From assembly GCA_013166775.1 (NCBI GenBank), contig JABLTJ010000004.1, positions 32,001 to 96,000 of the forward strand: a DNA stretch of 64,000 nucleotides, in the 5' to 3' direction. Made by a program: the position numbers and the translations under genes. Shown piece by piece: positions 9,581 to 19,392 of the stretch. Under the pieces are notes generated by a model. It did not search any database. It was not told the DNA's origin and saw nothing but the letters and a program-made list of their open reading frames with translations. Positions within the stretch are counted from its first letter, which is position 1. Every line of letters starts with the position of its first letter. This DNA is from Promethearchaeati archaeon. Lineage in GTDB: Archaea > Asgardarchaeota > Heimdallarchaeia > Heimdallarchaeales > Heimdallarchaeaceae.

Positions 9581-11143
9581 TCATTTTTTTTCGTAAACTA
9601 TTTCTCCTCCAATGATAGTATAGTAAATTTCAACATCATGAAAGTCTTCTAATTCCATATCATCCAAATTATGACTTAAGATTACAAGATCAGCCATTTT
9701 CCCATTTTCAATAGTTCCCTTGATATTTTCTTCTCTTGCAACAATTGCTGGATAAAGAGTATAGCATTTTATAGCTTCTTCTAATGTTAATCTAAGTTCT
9801 GGGTTTGAATGGAACAGAGCACCCTTTATACCATAAAGTGGACCTAAAGGCATACCATCACTCCCGAATACAACAATAAGATCGTTATCTAAAACCCATC
9901 TAAAGGGATTGTTTAACATTGTTCGCTCTACACCTAGTCTCTGTTCATACATACTATTGACTCCTACTAATCCCCATCTCCAGACAAAATTTGGTTGCAT
10001 TGAGAAAACTATATTTAATTTCTTTGATCTTTCTACATCTTCTAATCTAAGAATTTCCGCATGTTCAATTCGATGTAAGGCTGTTCTACATTCTTCTTCA
10101 TCTATATTCTTTTCAATACTTTCAATGACTTCAGTAATAGCTCTATCCCCTATTGCATGAGCTGCAATCTGTAGATTAGCATTATGCACTTTAGTAATCA
10201 TATCATCTAATTGTTGTTTGTCATAAAGAGCAAAACCTTTTTCTCCTTCCTTGTCTGTATAATCTTCATAAAGATAGGCAGATCTTGAGCTTATAGCACC
10301 ATCAGTCATTAATTTACATGCGCCAATCTTGAACCATTTATCTCCAAAATTCCTATCAATTTCCATTTTGATTATTTCATCAATCATATCTTCATAGATT
10401 ATACCATATACTCTTAGTTTCATTTTGTTATTGTCTACTAAATGCAGATATGCAGGTAGAGATTCAAATGTTATGTTATCATGAATAGAAGTAATTCCTA
10501 ATTCAATAGCTTCTTCCATTCCTATAGTTATACCTTTGATAAAATCATCAAATGTTGGTCGTATTTCTTTCTCATCAGAAAGCTCGACATCTCTTAACGT
10601 CCCTGTTATATTACCCTCATCATCCAAATCAACGCCTAGTTGATCTTTGGAAAGCGTAAGCCTTTGAAATCCTAAATTATTCACAGAAACCATATGTCCT
10701 GAAACATGTCTTAGGATGACAGGATTATCTGGACTAATGGGATCTAAATCTTTAGCTAGAATATATCGTTGTTCTGGCCAATTACTTTGATCCCAAGCTC
10801 TTCCTATAATCCAATCGTCTGGAGATTTCTTTTCTATCTCAGCTTTAACCATTTCTAATGCTTCGTTCAAGCTCTTTGCTTTGCGTAAATCCAAGTATAC
10901 TTTATTCAGACCTGTCCAAGGAATATGAGTATGTGCATCAATAAAACCTGGAATAACTGTCTTGTTTTCAGCATCAATAACAATAGTATCCTCTCCTATC
11001 AATTGCATAATATTTTCTTCATATCCCACCCTAACAATGTGATCAGAGTAAATTATAATGCTTTTTGCTTTTCTATTTTCATCATCTAAAGTCCAAACAT
11101 TAGCATTTTTTATTACTAAAGTTGCATGAATCTTGCCTTCCAT
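9581..11143 (-). CDS. Metal-dependent amidohydrolase (YtcJ/Amidohydro_3 type)
   Basis: PGFIDAHTH, KLMTDG, HAIGDRA, HRIEHA, GSDG, GTIENGKMADLVIL. Confidence 0.92.
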   Translation of the reverse strand: MEGKIHATLVIKNANVWTLDDENRKAKSIIIYSDHIVRVGYEENIMQLIGEDTIVIDAENKTVIPGFIDAHTHIPWTGLNKVYLDLRKAKSLNEALEMVKAEIEKKSPDDWIIGRAWDQSNWPEQRYILAKDLDPISPDNPVILRHVSGHMVSVNNLGFQRLTLSKDQLGVDLDDEGNITGTLRDVELSDEKEIRPTFDDFIKGITIGMEEAIELGITSIHDNITFESLPAYLHLVDNNKMKLRVYGIIYEDMIDEIIKMEIDRNFGDKWFKIGACKLMTDGAISSRSAYLYEDYTDKEGEKGFALYDKQQLDDMITKVHNANLQIAAHAIGDRAITEVIESIEKNIDEEECRTALHRIEHAEILRLEDVERSKKLNIVFSMQPNFVWRWGLVGVNSMYEQRLGVERTMLNNPFRWVLDNDLIVVFGSDGMPLGPLYGIKGALFHSNPELRLTLEEAIKCYTLYPAIVAREENIKGTIENGKMADLVILSHNLDDMELEDFHDVEIYYTIIGGEIVYEKK

Positions 11144-11262
11144 ACTTTGAACTTCACATAAACTATTTTAAATTCTCTTGTTGCAATATAATTTCTAAAC
11201 CTACTTCTCGATTTCTAAAACTAAATTTATATACTACTATTTTTCTTTGAACAAAGAAGAAA

Positions 11263-12159
11263 ATGACAAAGTTATCATTAGTTGTTACAGAAAAAAGAGA
11301 AGAAGGTACAACAAAGGCAATAGATCTTCTAGATTTCAATCCAGTCAAAGGAAAAAAAGTCATATTAAAACCTAATTTCAATACAGCTGATCCTCCTCCA
11401 GCTTCTACTTCAATTGAAACACTAAGAGCATTGATTATTAAGCTTCAAGAGATGTATGCAAGATCGATAACTTTAGCTGAAAGAAGCGGTCCTGTTAATA
11501 CTCACGAATGCCTTGAACAAAAAGGCATTTATAATTTAGCAGAAGAACTTGATTTTGAGATTGTAAATTTAGCGGAAGTTCCTTTGGAAGATTATATTCT
11601 GCTAAAACCTGAACAAAGTAATTGGGATAACGGTTTTCTATTTGCTAAAATATATCATGAGGCTGAATGTATTGTTGAGACCTGTTGTCTTAAAACTCAT
11701 CAAGCTGGTGGTCATTTTACACTTTCATTGAAAAGTGCAGTAGGTATGGTTCCTAGAAGAAATTTAGATGGGAATGCTTACATGAAGGAAATGCATGATT
11801 CTCCCAAAACAAGATCAATGATCGCTGAGATAAATAGCGTGTTTAATCCTGCACTAATAGTTCTTGATGGTGTAACTGCATTTGTAGATGGGGGGCCAGC
11901 AAGAGGAACTCTCAAAGATGCCAATGTAATTGTTGCAGGAACTGATAGAATTGCAATTGATGCAGTCGGTGTTGCTATTCTACGAATACTGGGAACAACT
12001 TCTGAAGTCTCTGAAGGTTCTATCTTCGATCAAGAGCAAATTGCTCGAGCTGTTGAGCTAAAGCTTGGGATATCTTCACCTGAAGAACTAGAAATCATAA
12101 CAGATTCAGTAGAATCAGCAGAATTAGTGGAAAAAATAATTCAAGAGTTACATAAATAG
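11263..12159 (+). CDS. DUF362 family protein
   Basis: KKVILKPNF, LKTH, FTLSLKSAVG, GTDRIAIDAVG. Confidence 0.85.
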   Translation: MTKLSLVVTEKREEGTTKAIDLLDFNPVKGKKVILKPNFNTADPPPASTSIETLRALIIKLQEMYARSITLAERSGPVNTHECLEQKGIYNLAEELDFEIVNLAEVPLEDYILLKPEQSNWDNGFLFAKIYHEAECIVETCCLKTHQAGGHFTLSLKSAVGMVPRRNLDGNAYMKEMHDSPKTRSMIAEINSVFNPALIVLDGVTAFVDGGPARGTLKDANVIVAGTDRIAIDAVGVAILRILGTTSEVSEGSIFDQEQIARAVELKLGISSPEELEIITDSVESAELVEKIIQELHK

Positions 12160-12213
12160 AAAAGAATCCAGATTCCTTCTGAGATATTACTCAACATCCT
12201 AGATGGTATAGAG

Positions 12214-13530
12214 ATGCAAGAATTAGATATTGTGCTAACTTGGCGACAGAGAACAAAGGTTAATTTAAAAGAAATTTTGAAAGCTAAGGATACAAGAGAA
12301 GTAGTAGCATTTTTCACATCACAATTTGTAGGATTTTTAGTTTTCATGTCACTTAGACAAATCTTCCCACTTTACTTACAGAAGACAACAAGTCTAACTG
12401 AGGAAGAAATTGTAATTAAATGGGCGATTATTGTTGCAGCTTATACTTTCGGAGGGATAATCACAAGAATACCTTCAGGGATTTTGATAGAGACGATTGG
12501 GAGAAGAAATATGGTAGTATTGTCTTATTTTTTAACAATAGGTTCAATTGTAGGTTTAGCTTTTACTAATAATACAATTCTACTTGCAGCTCTTTTTATT
12601 GTACTCCGTACTGCGAATAATAGTTTTGGATTATCTAGTAGATCTCTATTATCAGATTTGGAAACTAAGTATAAGGGTTTCTACAATTCTATGATTTCAA
12701 CTTCGGGAAGATTTGGTAGTTTGATTGGTACAATTACTTTAGGGGTGCTGTTGGACTTCTTTAAGCCATACGTAATGCTTATTTTTGCAGGAATTTTAGC
12801 TGTAATTGGAGTTATAGTCTTCTTGTATGTTTTTATAAAAGGAAAAGGTGAAGATAGATATAAGAAAAGACGAGAAGTTAAATGGGCAGGAAAGCAAGTC
12901 AGAATCAAACGTAAGGATTTTCTGAATAGTATTTTTGTTTTCTTCTTCTTAGCCTTTGTAATCTTTGGAATCATGGAAGGATTCAGTAATCCGTTGTTCT
13001 CTTTATACGGGAAGAATGTCATTAATTTGTCAGACAGTCTTGTTGGAACGTTAATAGGACTTTCAAATTTAAGTTTCATAATAGTTGGACCAATTATAGG
13101 TCTGACAATTTCTGATTCTAAGAAACTAGTTAATTCTCTCCTAGTTACAGCTCCAATATTGATGGCTTGTAATTTCCTTATGATCTTCCTTGTTCCATCG
13201 AATCAAATTGTCTATACTGTTTTTCTATTTGTTCGAAATGTTGGTCATGCGATGTTCTTTCCAGTAGTTATGACCATATTGACTTCTGAATTATCAAAGG
13301 ATCTATTTGCTATTTTATACTCTGTTATTACAACAGCTTTCTTATTGGGTATAGCTGCAACAAGCTATTTTTCTGGTATCCTTTATACAATAAATATCAC
13401 TTATCCCTGGTTGAGCTCCTTGATTTCAGCTATTGTATTGATTTTGTTGATGATAGTATATATTCTGTATAATAAATCAAGAAAAACTATAGAAGTAAAA
13501 CATGAAGAGGATTTTGTGGATTTTAAATAA
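12214..13530 (+). CDS. MFS transporter
   Basis: About 12 TM segments; motif A-like GILIETIGRR. Start may be further downstream. Confidence 0.85.
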   Translation: MQELDIVLTWRQRTKVNLKEILKAKDTREVVAFFTSQFVGFLVFMSLRQIFPLYLQKTTSLTEEEIVIKWAIIVAAYTFGGIITRIPSGILIETIGRRNMVVLSYFLTIGSIVGLAFTNNTILLAALFIVLRTANNSFGLSSRSLLSDLETKYKGFYNSMISTSGRFGSLIGTITLGVLLDFFKPYVMLIFAGILAVIGVIVFLYVFIKGKGEDRYKKRREVKWAGKQVRIKRKDFLNSIFVFFFLAFVIFGIMEGFSNPLFSLYGKNVINLSDSLVGTLIGLSNLSFIIVGPIIGLTISDSKKLVNSLLVTAPILMACNFLMIFLVPSNQIVYTVFLFVRNVGHAMFFPVVMTILTSELSKDLFAILYSVITTAFLLGIAATSYFSGILYTINITYPWLSSLISAIVLILLMIVYILYNKSRKTIEVKHEEDFVDFK

Positions 13531-13550
13531 CTTAATTTTATAGTATTGGT

Positions 13551-14594
13551 GTGTCAATCGAGATTCGGAATTTATCAAAAACCTTCAATAGAAAGGGTAA
13601 AGAGATAAGAGCTTTAGATGACATCTCATTGAATATTAAAGAAGGAGAGTTTATAGGTCTTTTAGGACCAAACGGAGCAGGAAAAACAACGCTAACAAAG
13701 ATACTTACCACTTTACTCCTTCCAACATCTGGTGAAGCATATATTGATGGAGTAAGCATATATGATGATAAGAAAATACGTAGCCTGGTTGGTTCAGTCT
13801 TTGGTGAAACGGGAGGAAGAAGTTTGTATTATAGACTTTCAATATTTGATAATTTGCTCTTTTACAGTACCCTGAGCGGTATCAAAAAAACGGAAGCAAA
13901 AAAGAGAATTAATTCTCTATTAAATTTCTTTGATCTTGAATCCAAGAAAGATACACTTGTGATGAAACTATCAACTGGGATGAAAGCTAAAGTCCTTCTG
14001 ATCCGAGCCCTGATTCCTTTTCCAAAGGTATTATTGCTTGATGAACCAACACTTGGTTTCGATGCTGAAAGCTCAGAAATAGCAAGAGATCTACTAATGG
14101 AATTCAATAGGGAATGTGGGACCACTGTACTATTAACAAGCCATAATTTTCCAGAAATTGATGATTTAACTTCTAGATTAATTCTAATTGATAGTGGACA
14201 AATCATTCAGGATTGTCCTCCAGATATATTCAAAGAATCAGCTGCTCAGCATTATGTTCATTTAGTGTTTAGTCTTCCATCTTTCCACTATAAGAGCTTT
14301 GAAGATTTAATTCGCATTTCAGCAGGTGCAGAGATTTTATTTTTCATAGAAAAGGATTTGGACAACTTTGTATTCGAAGCAAAAATACGCCCAACCAAAT
14401 TCACTCTAAACGAAACAATCTCAAGATTAACTATTCTAATATTAAGAGCAGGAGGAGAAATCTTTCAGATAGCACCACACATGCCAAGCTTAAAAGAATC
14501 CTTTCTTGCATTTCTAGCAATCAATAAGCAAAAAGATGAAAAAGCTCAGTCGTTTGAAGACATGTTCTCTTTACCTTTTCAGGAGGAGGAATAG
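13551..14594 (+). CDS. ABC-2 type transporter ATP-binding subunit
   Basis: GPNGAGKTT, signature LSTGMK, LLLDEPTLG, TSH switch. Confidence 0.92.
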   Translation: MSIEIRNLSKTFNRKGKEIRALDDISLNIKEGEFIGLLGPNGAGKTTLTKILTTLLLPTSGEAYIDGVSIYDDKKIRSLVGSVFGETGGRSLYYRLSIFDNLLFYSTLSGIKKTEAKKRINSLLNFFDLESKKDTLVMKLSTGMKAKVLLIRALIPFPKVLLLDEPTLGFDAESSEIARDLLMEFNRECGTTVLLTSHNFPEIDDLTSRLILIDSGQIIQDCPPDIFKESAAQHYVHLVFSLPSFHYKSFEDLIRISAGAEILFFIEKDLDNFVFEAKIRPTKFTLNETISRLTILILRAGGEIFQIAPHMPSLKESFLAFLAINKQKDEKAQSFEDMFSLPFQEEE

Positions 14595-14601
14595 AATTCA
14601 T

Positions 14602-15459
14602 TTGCATGCAAACGAGGTTGTTTCCTCTTTCATTAATTTGGAAAAGAAGAGTTCTCCATTATCCCGTATAAGTGCTATTTTTCTCACAAGATTGAAAATG
14701 GCTTTCAATTATAAGAGCAGTTTTCTAATGACCCTTGTTCTCAATTTAGTAACAATAATGATGTATTTCTTTTTCAGCAAAATAAAACCAGAAATGCAAG
14801 TATTTGGTATTAATGCTACTTATTTCGAATTTGCCATCATAGGTTTGTGTTTACAAATGGTTGTTGGAACAAGTCTAGGGTCAGTAAGTGCGAATATATA
14901 CAATGAGATATTATCTGGTACATGGTCTTCTGTTCTTCTGCATTTCAATTTTCTTGAGTATTCAATCGGAACAACCTTAGCTGGAGTTTTACTCTCTTCT
15001 GTTTCAATATTCTTAGCCATAGGTCTAGCTTATCTAACAATCGGATTCTATCTAACAATCACATCTCAAGAAGTGATGCTTATACTTCTTCTATTTATTC
15101 TCATTATTCTTGCTCACATGGCAATATCTATGCTTTTCGCAGCTTTCACAATCTTTTATCAAAAAACGAGTAATTTGATTTCTTTATTGTACCAGCTTAC
15201 AAAAACCTTTAGTGGAGTAGTATTTCCTGTAACACTTTTGAGCGGATTTCCTCTGATAGTTTCAAGGAGTTTACCACTCACGTATGGGCTAGAGTCGATA
15301 CATCAATTACTTTTTTCTCCAACACTAAATATGGATTATATCTTTGTTAATTGTCTGATTATTATTAGTTTCATTGTTTTACTAGGATCTATTGCTTATG
15401 GAATGGTTTTCTTAAGTTTAAAAAATATAAGAAAGAATGGGAAAGTTGATTGGTATTGA
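14602..15459 (+). CDS. ABC-2 type permease
   Basis: About 6 TM, FSGVVFPVTLL...LPLTYG. Start likely TTG 14602 after a GGAGGA RBS. Confidence 0.85.
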   Translation: MHANEVVSSFINLEKKSSPLSRISAIFLTRLKMAFNYKSSFLMTLVLNLVTIMMYFFFSKIKPEMQVFGINATYFEFAIIGLCLQMVVGTSLGSVSANIYNEILSGTWSSVLLHFNFLEYSIGTTLAGVLLSSVSIFLAIGLAYLTIGFYLTITSQEVMLILLLFILIILAHMAISMLFAAFTIFYQKTSNLISLLYQLTKTFSGVVFPVTLLSGFPLIVSRSLPLTYGLESIHQLLFSPTLNMDYIFVNCLIIISFIVLLGSIAYGMVFLSLKNIRKNGKVDWY

Positions 15460-16343
15460 TGTCTATAAAAAATCCAGATGAAGTGATTAAGAAATTTCTT
15501 ACACAAGAATCTTCACCTTCCTTCTTTAAAGGATTGAAAGCTCTTTTTGTAAGAAATATGAAAATAATATGGCAGTATAAATTTTCTCTTTTGATGGGAT
15601 TCATAAATACGCTGGTAGTTACTTCGCTCTTTTTCTATATTTCCTTGCTTGTACCTGATTTACAAATGACACAAGATAATTATACTGTAGACAGCATATC
15701 TTTTATTTTCGCAGGAGTTTTATTATTAGAAATTTCCACAAAAATTCTGATGAAATCCATGAATAGTTTTACAAGTGAAATGAAACAAGGAACTTTCGAA
15801 ACATTAGCTACTTTGCCTTTTGGATTACGAAGATATTTTATTTCAGAGATTGCTTTCGAGGTTTTGTACGGGTTAATTTTATCAACTGTTTATTTCATAC
15901 CTATATTTTTCATTTTTCCAGTTTTTAGAGCAGTTTCTATATCTGCTGCTTCGTTCTTCTCGTTGCTTTTAGTTGCTCTCTGTACAATACTCTTCTTCTT
16001 TTCTCTTTCTCTTCTAGCAGCTAATTTCACTATTCTTAACAAAAGGGGAAAGGAAATCGCTATGGTTTTGATAGGTATTATGCATTTATTAAGTGGAAGT
16101 TTGTTTCCTCTTCAGCTCTTCCCAAAATGGTTAGAGCATATAGCTCATGCATCTCCATTCACCTTTGCTGTTCAAGCATTTCGTTTATGCCTTTTTGGTC
16201 AAGGAGTGTTATCGGATAATATCATATGGGGAGCAGTTCTTTTTCTTATTTTATCATCAATCGTTCTAATAGCAACCTTCTATTTCACTTTCAATAGTAT
16301 TTATAAGAGAATCAGAATTACAGGAACAATCCATGAGTTTTGA
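15450..16343 (+). CDS. ABC-2 type permease
   Basis: EMKQGTFETLATLP, LSGSLFPLQLFPKWL, SPFTFAV. Confidence 0.88.
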   Translation: MVLMSIKNPDEVIKKFLTQESSPSFFKGLKALFVRNMKIIWQYKFSLLMGFINTLVVTSLFFYISLLVPDLQMTQDNYTVDSISFIFAGVLLLEISTKILMKSMNSFTSEMKQGTFETLATLPFGLRRYFISEIAFEVLYGLILSTVYFIPIFFIFPVFRAVSISAASFFSLLLVALCTILFFFSLSLLAANFTILNKRGKEIAMVLIGIMHLLSGSLFPLQLFPKWLEHIAHASPFTFAVQAFRLCLFGQGVLSDNIIWGAVLFLILSSIVLIATFYFTFNSIYKRIRITGTIHEF

Positions 16344-16350
16344 TTTTACT

Positions 16351-17004
16351 TCAGTTCAGAATATCTAGAAATTGATTAATGGATTTCAAAACATCCTTAG
16401 ATTGAGTAATAGCTCGTCCAATAATTATAATGTCTGCTCCATTTTCCAGTGCTTTTTGACTCTTTTTCAAATCCAATCCTCCAGCAACAGCAATAAGAGT
16501 TTGGGGATATTCGATCCTTATTTTCTTAATAAGTTCCCAGGGATGTTCTTCTCTCTTCTCTTGATCAATCCCTCTATGAAATAGAAGAACGTCTGGTTTA
16601 TTATCTAATTTGCTCAACACATCCAGAGGATCCTTTACATTCATTAAATCCAGAATTAGATCCGTTTTCCTTAATACGCTTTCATCTAATGCTGATTTTA
16701 TTGTTTCAATTGCAGCCAAACCACTAATTGTTACTGCTTTAGCATTTTCTTCAGCAGCTATTTGAACTTCTAAAAATCCAACATCTAAAGTTTTCATATC
16801 AGCGATTATATAAGTATTAGATTGAGATTCAAACATATCTCTTATAATGTGAATACCAAATTTCTTGATCAAAGGAGTTCCTGCTTCGATTAAAATCTTC
16901 TCAGATTTAGGAATTTGGGATAAAACAGATTTTAATTGCTCTTTGTCAACTAAATCTAAAGCTATCTGAAGATAAGGAGGATCATTTAATTTCATTTTAT
17001 GCAC
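16351..17004 (-). CDS. 3-hexulose-6-phosphate synthase (HPS/KGPDC, OMPDC superfamily)
   Basis: LQIALD, IEAGTPLIKKFG, IIADMKTLDVG, HRGIDQE, VAGG, IIIGRAIT. Confidence 0.85.
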   Translation of the reverse strand: MHKMKLNDPPYLQIALDLVDKEQLKSVLSQIPKSEKILIEAGTPLIKKFGIHIIRDMFESQSNTYIIADMKTLDVGFLEVQIAAEENAKAVTISGLAAIETIKSALDESVLRKTDLILDLMNVKDPLDVLSKLDNKPDVLLFHRGIDQEKREEHPWELIKKIRIEYPQTLIAVAGGLDLKKSQKALENGADIIIIGRAITQSKDVLKSINQFLDILN

Positions 17005-18364
17005 TTCTAAGTTTTTCTTGAAAACCTTCTTTTAGAAGCCTGGGTTGGGCTATGTCTTTTACATAATTTAGTATATACTCTTGATTTCTTTTATCTCCAT
17101 GAATTAAAATTATATCGCGAGCACCGGTCTTCTCCATTATGAGTTTCAAACCTTCTACAGAACTATGTCCAGAGTAAGGAAACTTCATTATTTGCATTTC
17201 AAGATCGATTTGTTTTTTCTTTCCATAATCTGCAAATAGAGTAACCTTTTTTTCCCCATCATAAATAGCTCTGCCAGTAGTACCTTCTACTTGATAACCT
17301 GTAAATCCTAGAACATTGTTTTCATTGGTTCCAAGAAGCTCTAAGTAAGAATGAATTGGTCCTCCTTCCAGCATTCCAGAAGTTGTAACGATGATAGAAC
17401 CTTCTTCCTTCTTTGCTATATATTTTCTAGAAGTACCAGTACGTTCAGAAAGTGAAGGTACGGGGATGAAATTATCTTTTCTAAACGGAGAGCTCATACC
17501 AACCTCCTTAATCTTTGATAGAAATCGTTTTGAAACCCATTTTTCACTCAAGAAATGTTCTGTAATCATATTCATGTGATTTATCATGCCATCAATATAG
17601 ATTGGAACATCATCTAAATCTTGATCTAAAGCAAGAGTAATCAGTGTTTCTTGTGATCTACCTACAGCAAAAGAAGGCAATATCATTTTATTTCCTCCTT
17701 CAGCAATTTGCTTAGCTAAAAGTCGAAGGCCTACATTGATTTTTTCTCTTTCAGGAACATAACGATCTCCATTAGTAGATTCAGTTAGAAGAACGTCTAT
17801 TTTCTCTTTAGGAAGATCATAACCTTCAAACATGGGAGTTACTCTGTCATTTATATCTCCAGTATAGAGAATCAGTGTCCCATCCCAATCAATTAGAATT
17901 TGCGCAGCTCCAAGAACGTGTCCAGCATTAAGGAATTCTGCAGTTATACCTTCAGCAATTTTGAATTTATTTCTATAATTGTGAGTTCGAATTTTTTGAT
18001 ATACTATGTCTAAATCTCTTTCTGACCAATGTCTTCTTCCTTCAATTTTCAGATGATCCAACCAAAGTTTATACACAATTTCCTTTGTCGGATCTGTCAT
18101 ATGATAATCTCCCTTATACCCCTTCTTAGCCAATCTTGGAATATAACCGGAATGATCTATATGTGCATGACTAAGAATAAACGCATCTAAGTCTTCAGCG
18201 ATTGGATCAACACCAACAGGTGCTCTTGAGAGTTGCTTAGGAACTAATTCTATACCACAATCGAGAAGTATGCTTCGATCTCTGTCTCGAATAACGAAAG
18301 CACTTCTTCCAACATAATTTGTGGATCCGTATGCAATGATTTCAATGTCATTCATGTAATTCAC
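16997..18364 (-). CDS. Beta-CASP metallo-beta-lactamase ribonuclease (aCPSF-like, no KH domains)
   Basis: LSHAHIDHSG, AGHVLGAA, YTGD, TESTNG, PSFAVGRSQE, SGMLEGG, GYQVEGT, YSGH, IHGD. Confidence 0.93.
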   Translation of the reverse strand: MNYMNDIEIIAYGSTNYVGRSAFVIRDRDRSILLDCGIELVPKQLSRAPVGVDPIAEDLDAFILSHAHIDHSGYIPRLAKKGYKGDYHMTDPTKEIVYKLWLDHLKIEGRRHWSERDLDIVYQKIRTHNYRNKFKIAEGITAEFLNAGHVLGAAQILIDWDGTLILYTGDINDRVTPMFEGYDLPKEKIDVLLTESTNGDRYVPEREKINVGLRLLAKQIAEGGNKMILPSFAVGRSQETLITLALDQDLDDVPIYIDGMINHMNMITEHFLSEKWVSKRFLSKIKEVGMSSPFRKDNFIPVPSLSERTGTSRKYIAKKEEGSIIVTTSGMLEGGPIHSYLELLGTNENNVLGFTGYQVEGTTGRAIYDGEKKVTLFADYGKKKQIDLEMQIMKFPYSGHSSVEGLKLIMEKTGARDIILIHGDKRNQEYILNYVKDIAQPRLLKEGFQEKLRSA

Positions 18365-18532
18365 TATTTCGTTTTTTTAAATAAAAGCTTAGAAGACTAA
18401 ATGACCTCTTTAAAGCCTTAAATCGACGGTTTCTTTTGCAACTCTTAAAACTTACCCTTCAACCAATAATGAACTCATTCATTAATTTGAATACTCTTTT
18501 ATATTATGTAAGATAGATTCTAATTGAGAAAA

Positions 18533-19258
18533 ATGTCTGATGAAAAGAAAAAGAAAGTTAAAGAAGATTTTCGATCTTCCTTAACTGATGCTTACAAATC
18601 ATTCGATGCAGAATTAGACGAAACAAAGGAAAAGGACAAACAAAAGAAACAAGAAATCCTTGAGGAAGGAATTGAGAGGATAGAGAAAAAGTCCACAAAA
18701 GAGTTGGGGTCATCAAAGATTCTTGCATTAAAAATTCTCGATATTAGACAGAAAGCAGGAATGACCCAAACAATGGGAACAGCAGGGAAAGTTAAAACTC
18801 CTATCCTGTTTGGGAAAGATGAATTTAAACAAAAACTCGTAAGAGAATTATTAGTAATAGGAACAGAAGAATTAGCTGATATTGGAAGTGCTATAACTAT
18901 TGCTAATTTAGTGGATTACTTCAAAGAAACCAGAACTAACTGGAAAATACGAACAGGAGACCTCTTAGAGGTTCTTAAGATAATGGAGAAAAAAGAAGTG
19001 ATACCCAAGCGAGTTGATATTGGTGATGACGAAGTTCTTATCAGATTTAAACCAATCGAGATGTCACCAGATATTCAACAAGTACTCAGATTATCTACAG
19101 GATTACCATTCTTGACTGTTCAAAAGATTGCAAGTCATTTAGGTTGGTCAATAGAAAGAGCTCAAAGTACACTAACAATGATGAGCAAAATGGAAATAGC
19201 AGTTCTAGATGAAGAAACAGGAAATTATTATTTCCCTGGAGTGAGTGAAATTTATTAA
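18533..19258 (+). CDS. ESCRT-II Vps22/Vps36-like (EAP30 family) tandem winged-helix protein
   Basis: C-terminal MSPDIQQVLRL...FLTVQKIASHLGWSIERAQSTL...IAVLDE...YYFPG matches the Vps22/SNF8 second winged helix pattern; DEFKQKLVRELL resembles the Vps22 DFYYEL segment. Confidence 0.75.
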   Translation: MSDEKKKKVKEDFRSSLTDAYKSFDAELDETKEKDKQKKQEILEEGIERIEKKSTKELGSSKILALKILDIRQKAGMTQTMGTAGKVKTPILFGKDEFKQKLVRELLVIGTEELADIGSAITIANLVDYFKETRTNWKIRTGDLLEVLKIMEKKEVIPKRVDIGDDEVLIRFKPIEMSPDIQQVLRLSTGLPFLTVQKIASHLGWSIERAQSTLTMMSKMEIAVLDEETGNYYFPGVSEIY

Positions 19259-19316
19259 CAACACTATTTTTGCATTTTACGAATAATTTATAAAGTCACA
19301 AACCCTCATTAAGCTT

Positions 19317-19372
19317 GGTGAGATCAAACAAATATTTTATTTGATCTCGCCCTCCCTCCCTCATTTTCATCT
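19317..19372 (+). ncRNA. Candidate small non-coding RNA or structured 3' element
   Basis: TTTATAAA at 19287-19294; 12-bp stem GGTGAGATCAAA/TTTGATCTCGCC (one U.G pair on + strand) starting about 23 nt after the box; then CTCCCTCCCTC and a U-rich tail. Confidence 0.4.
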
Positions 19373-19392
19373 TAATTAGCTTAGGATTAAAC

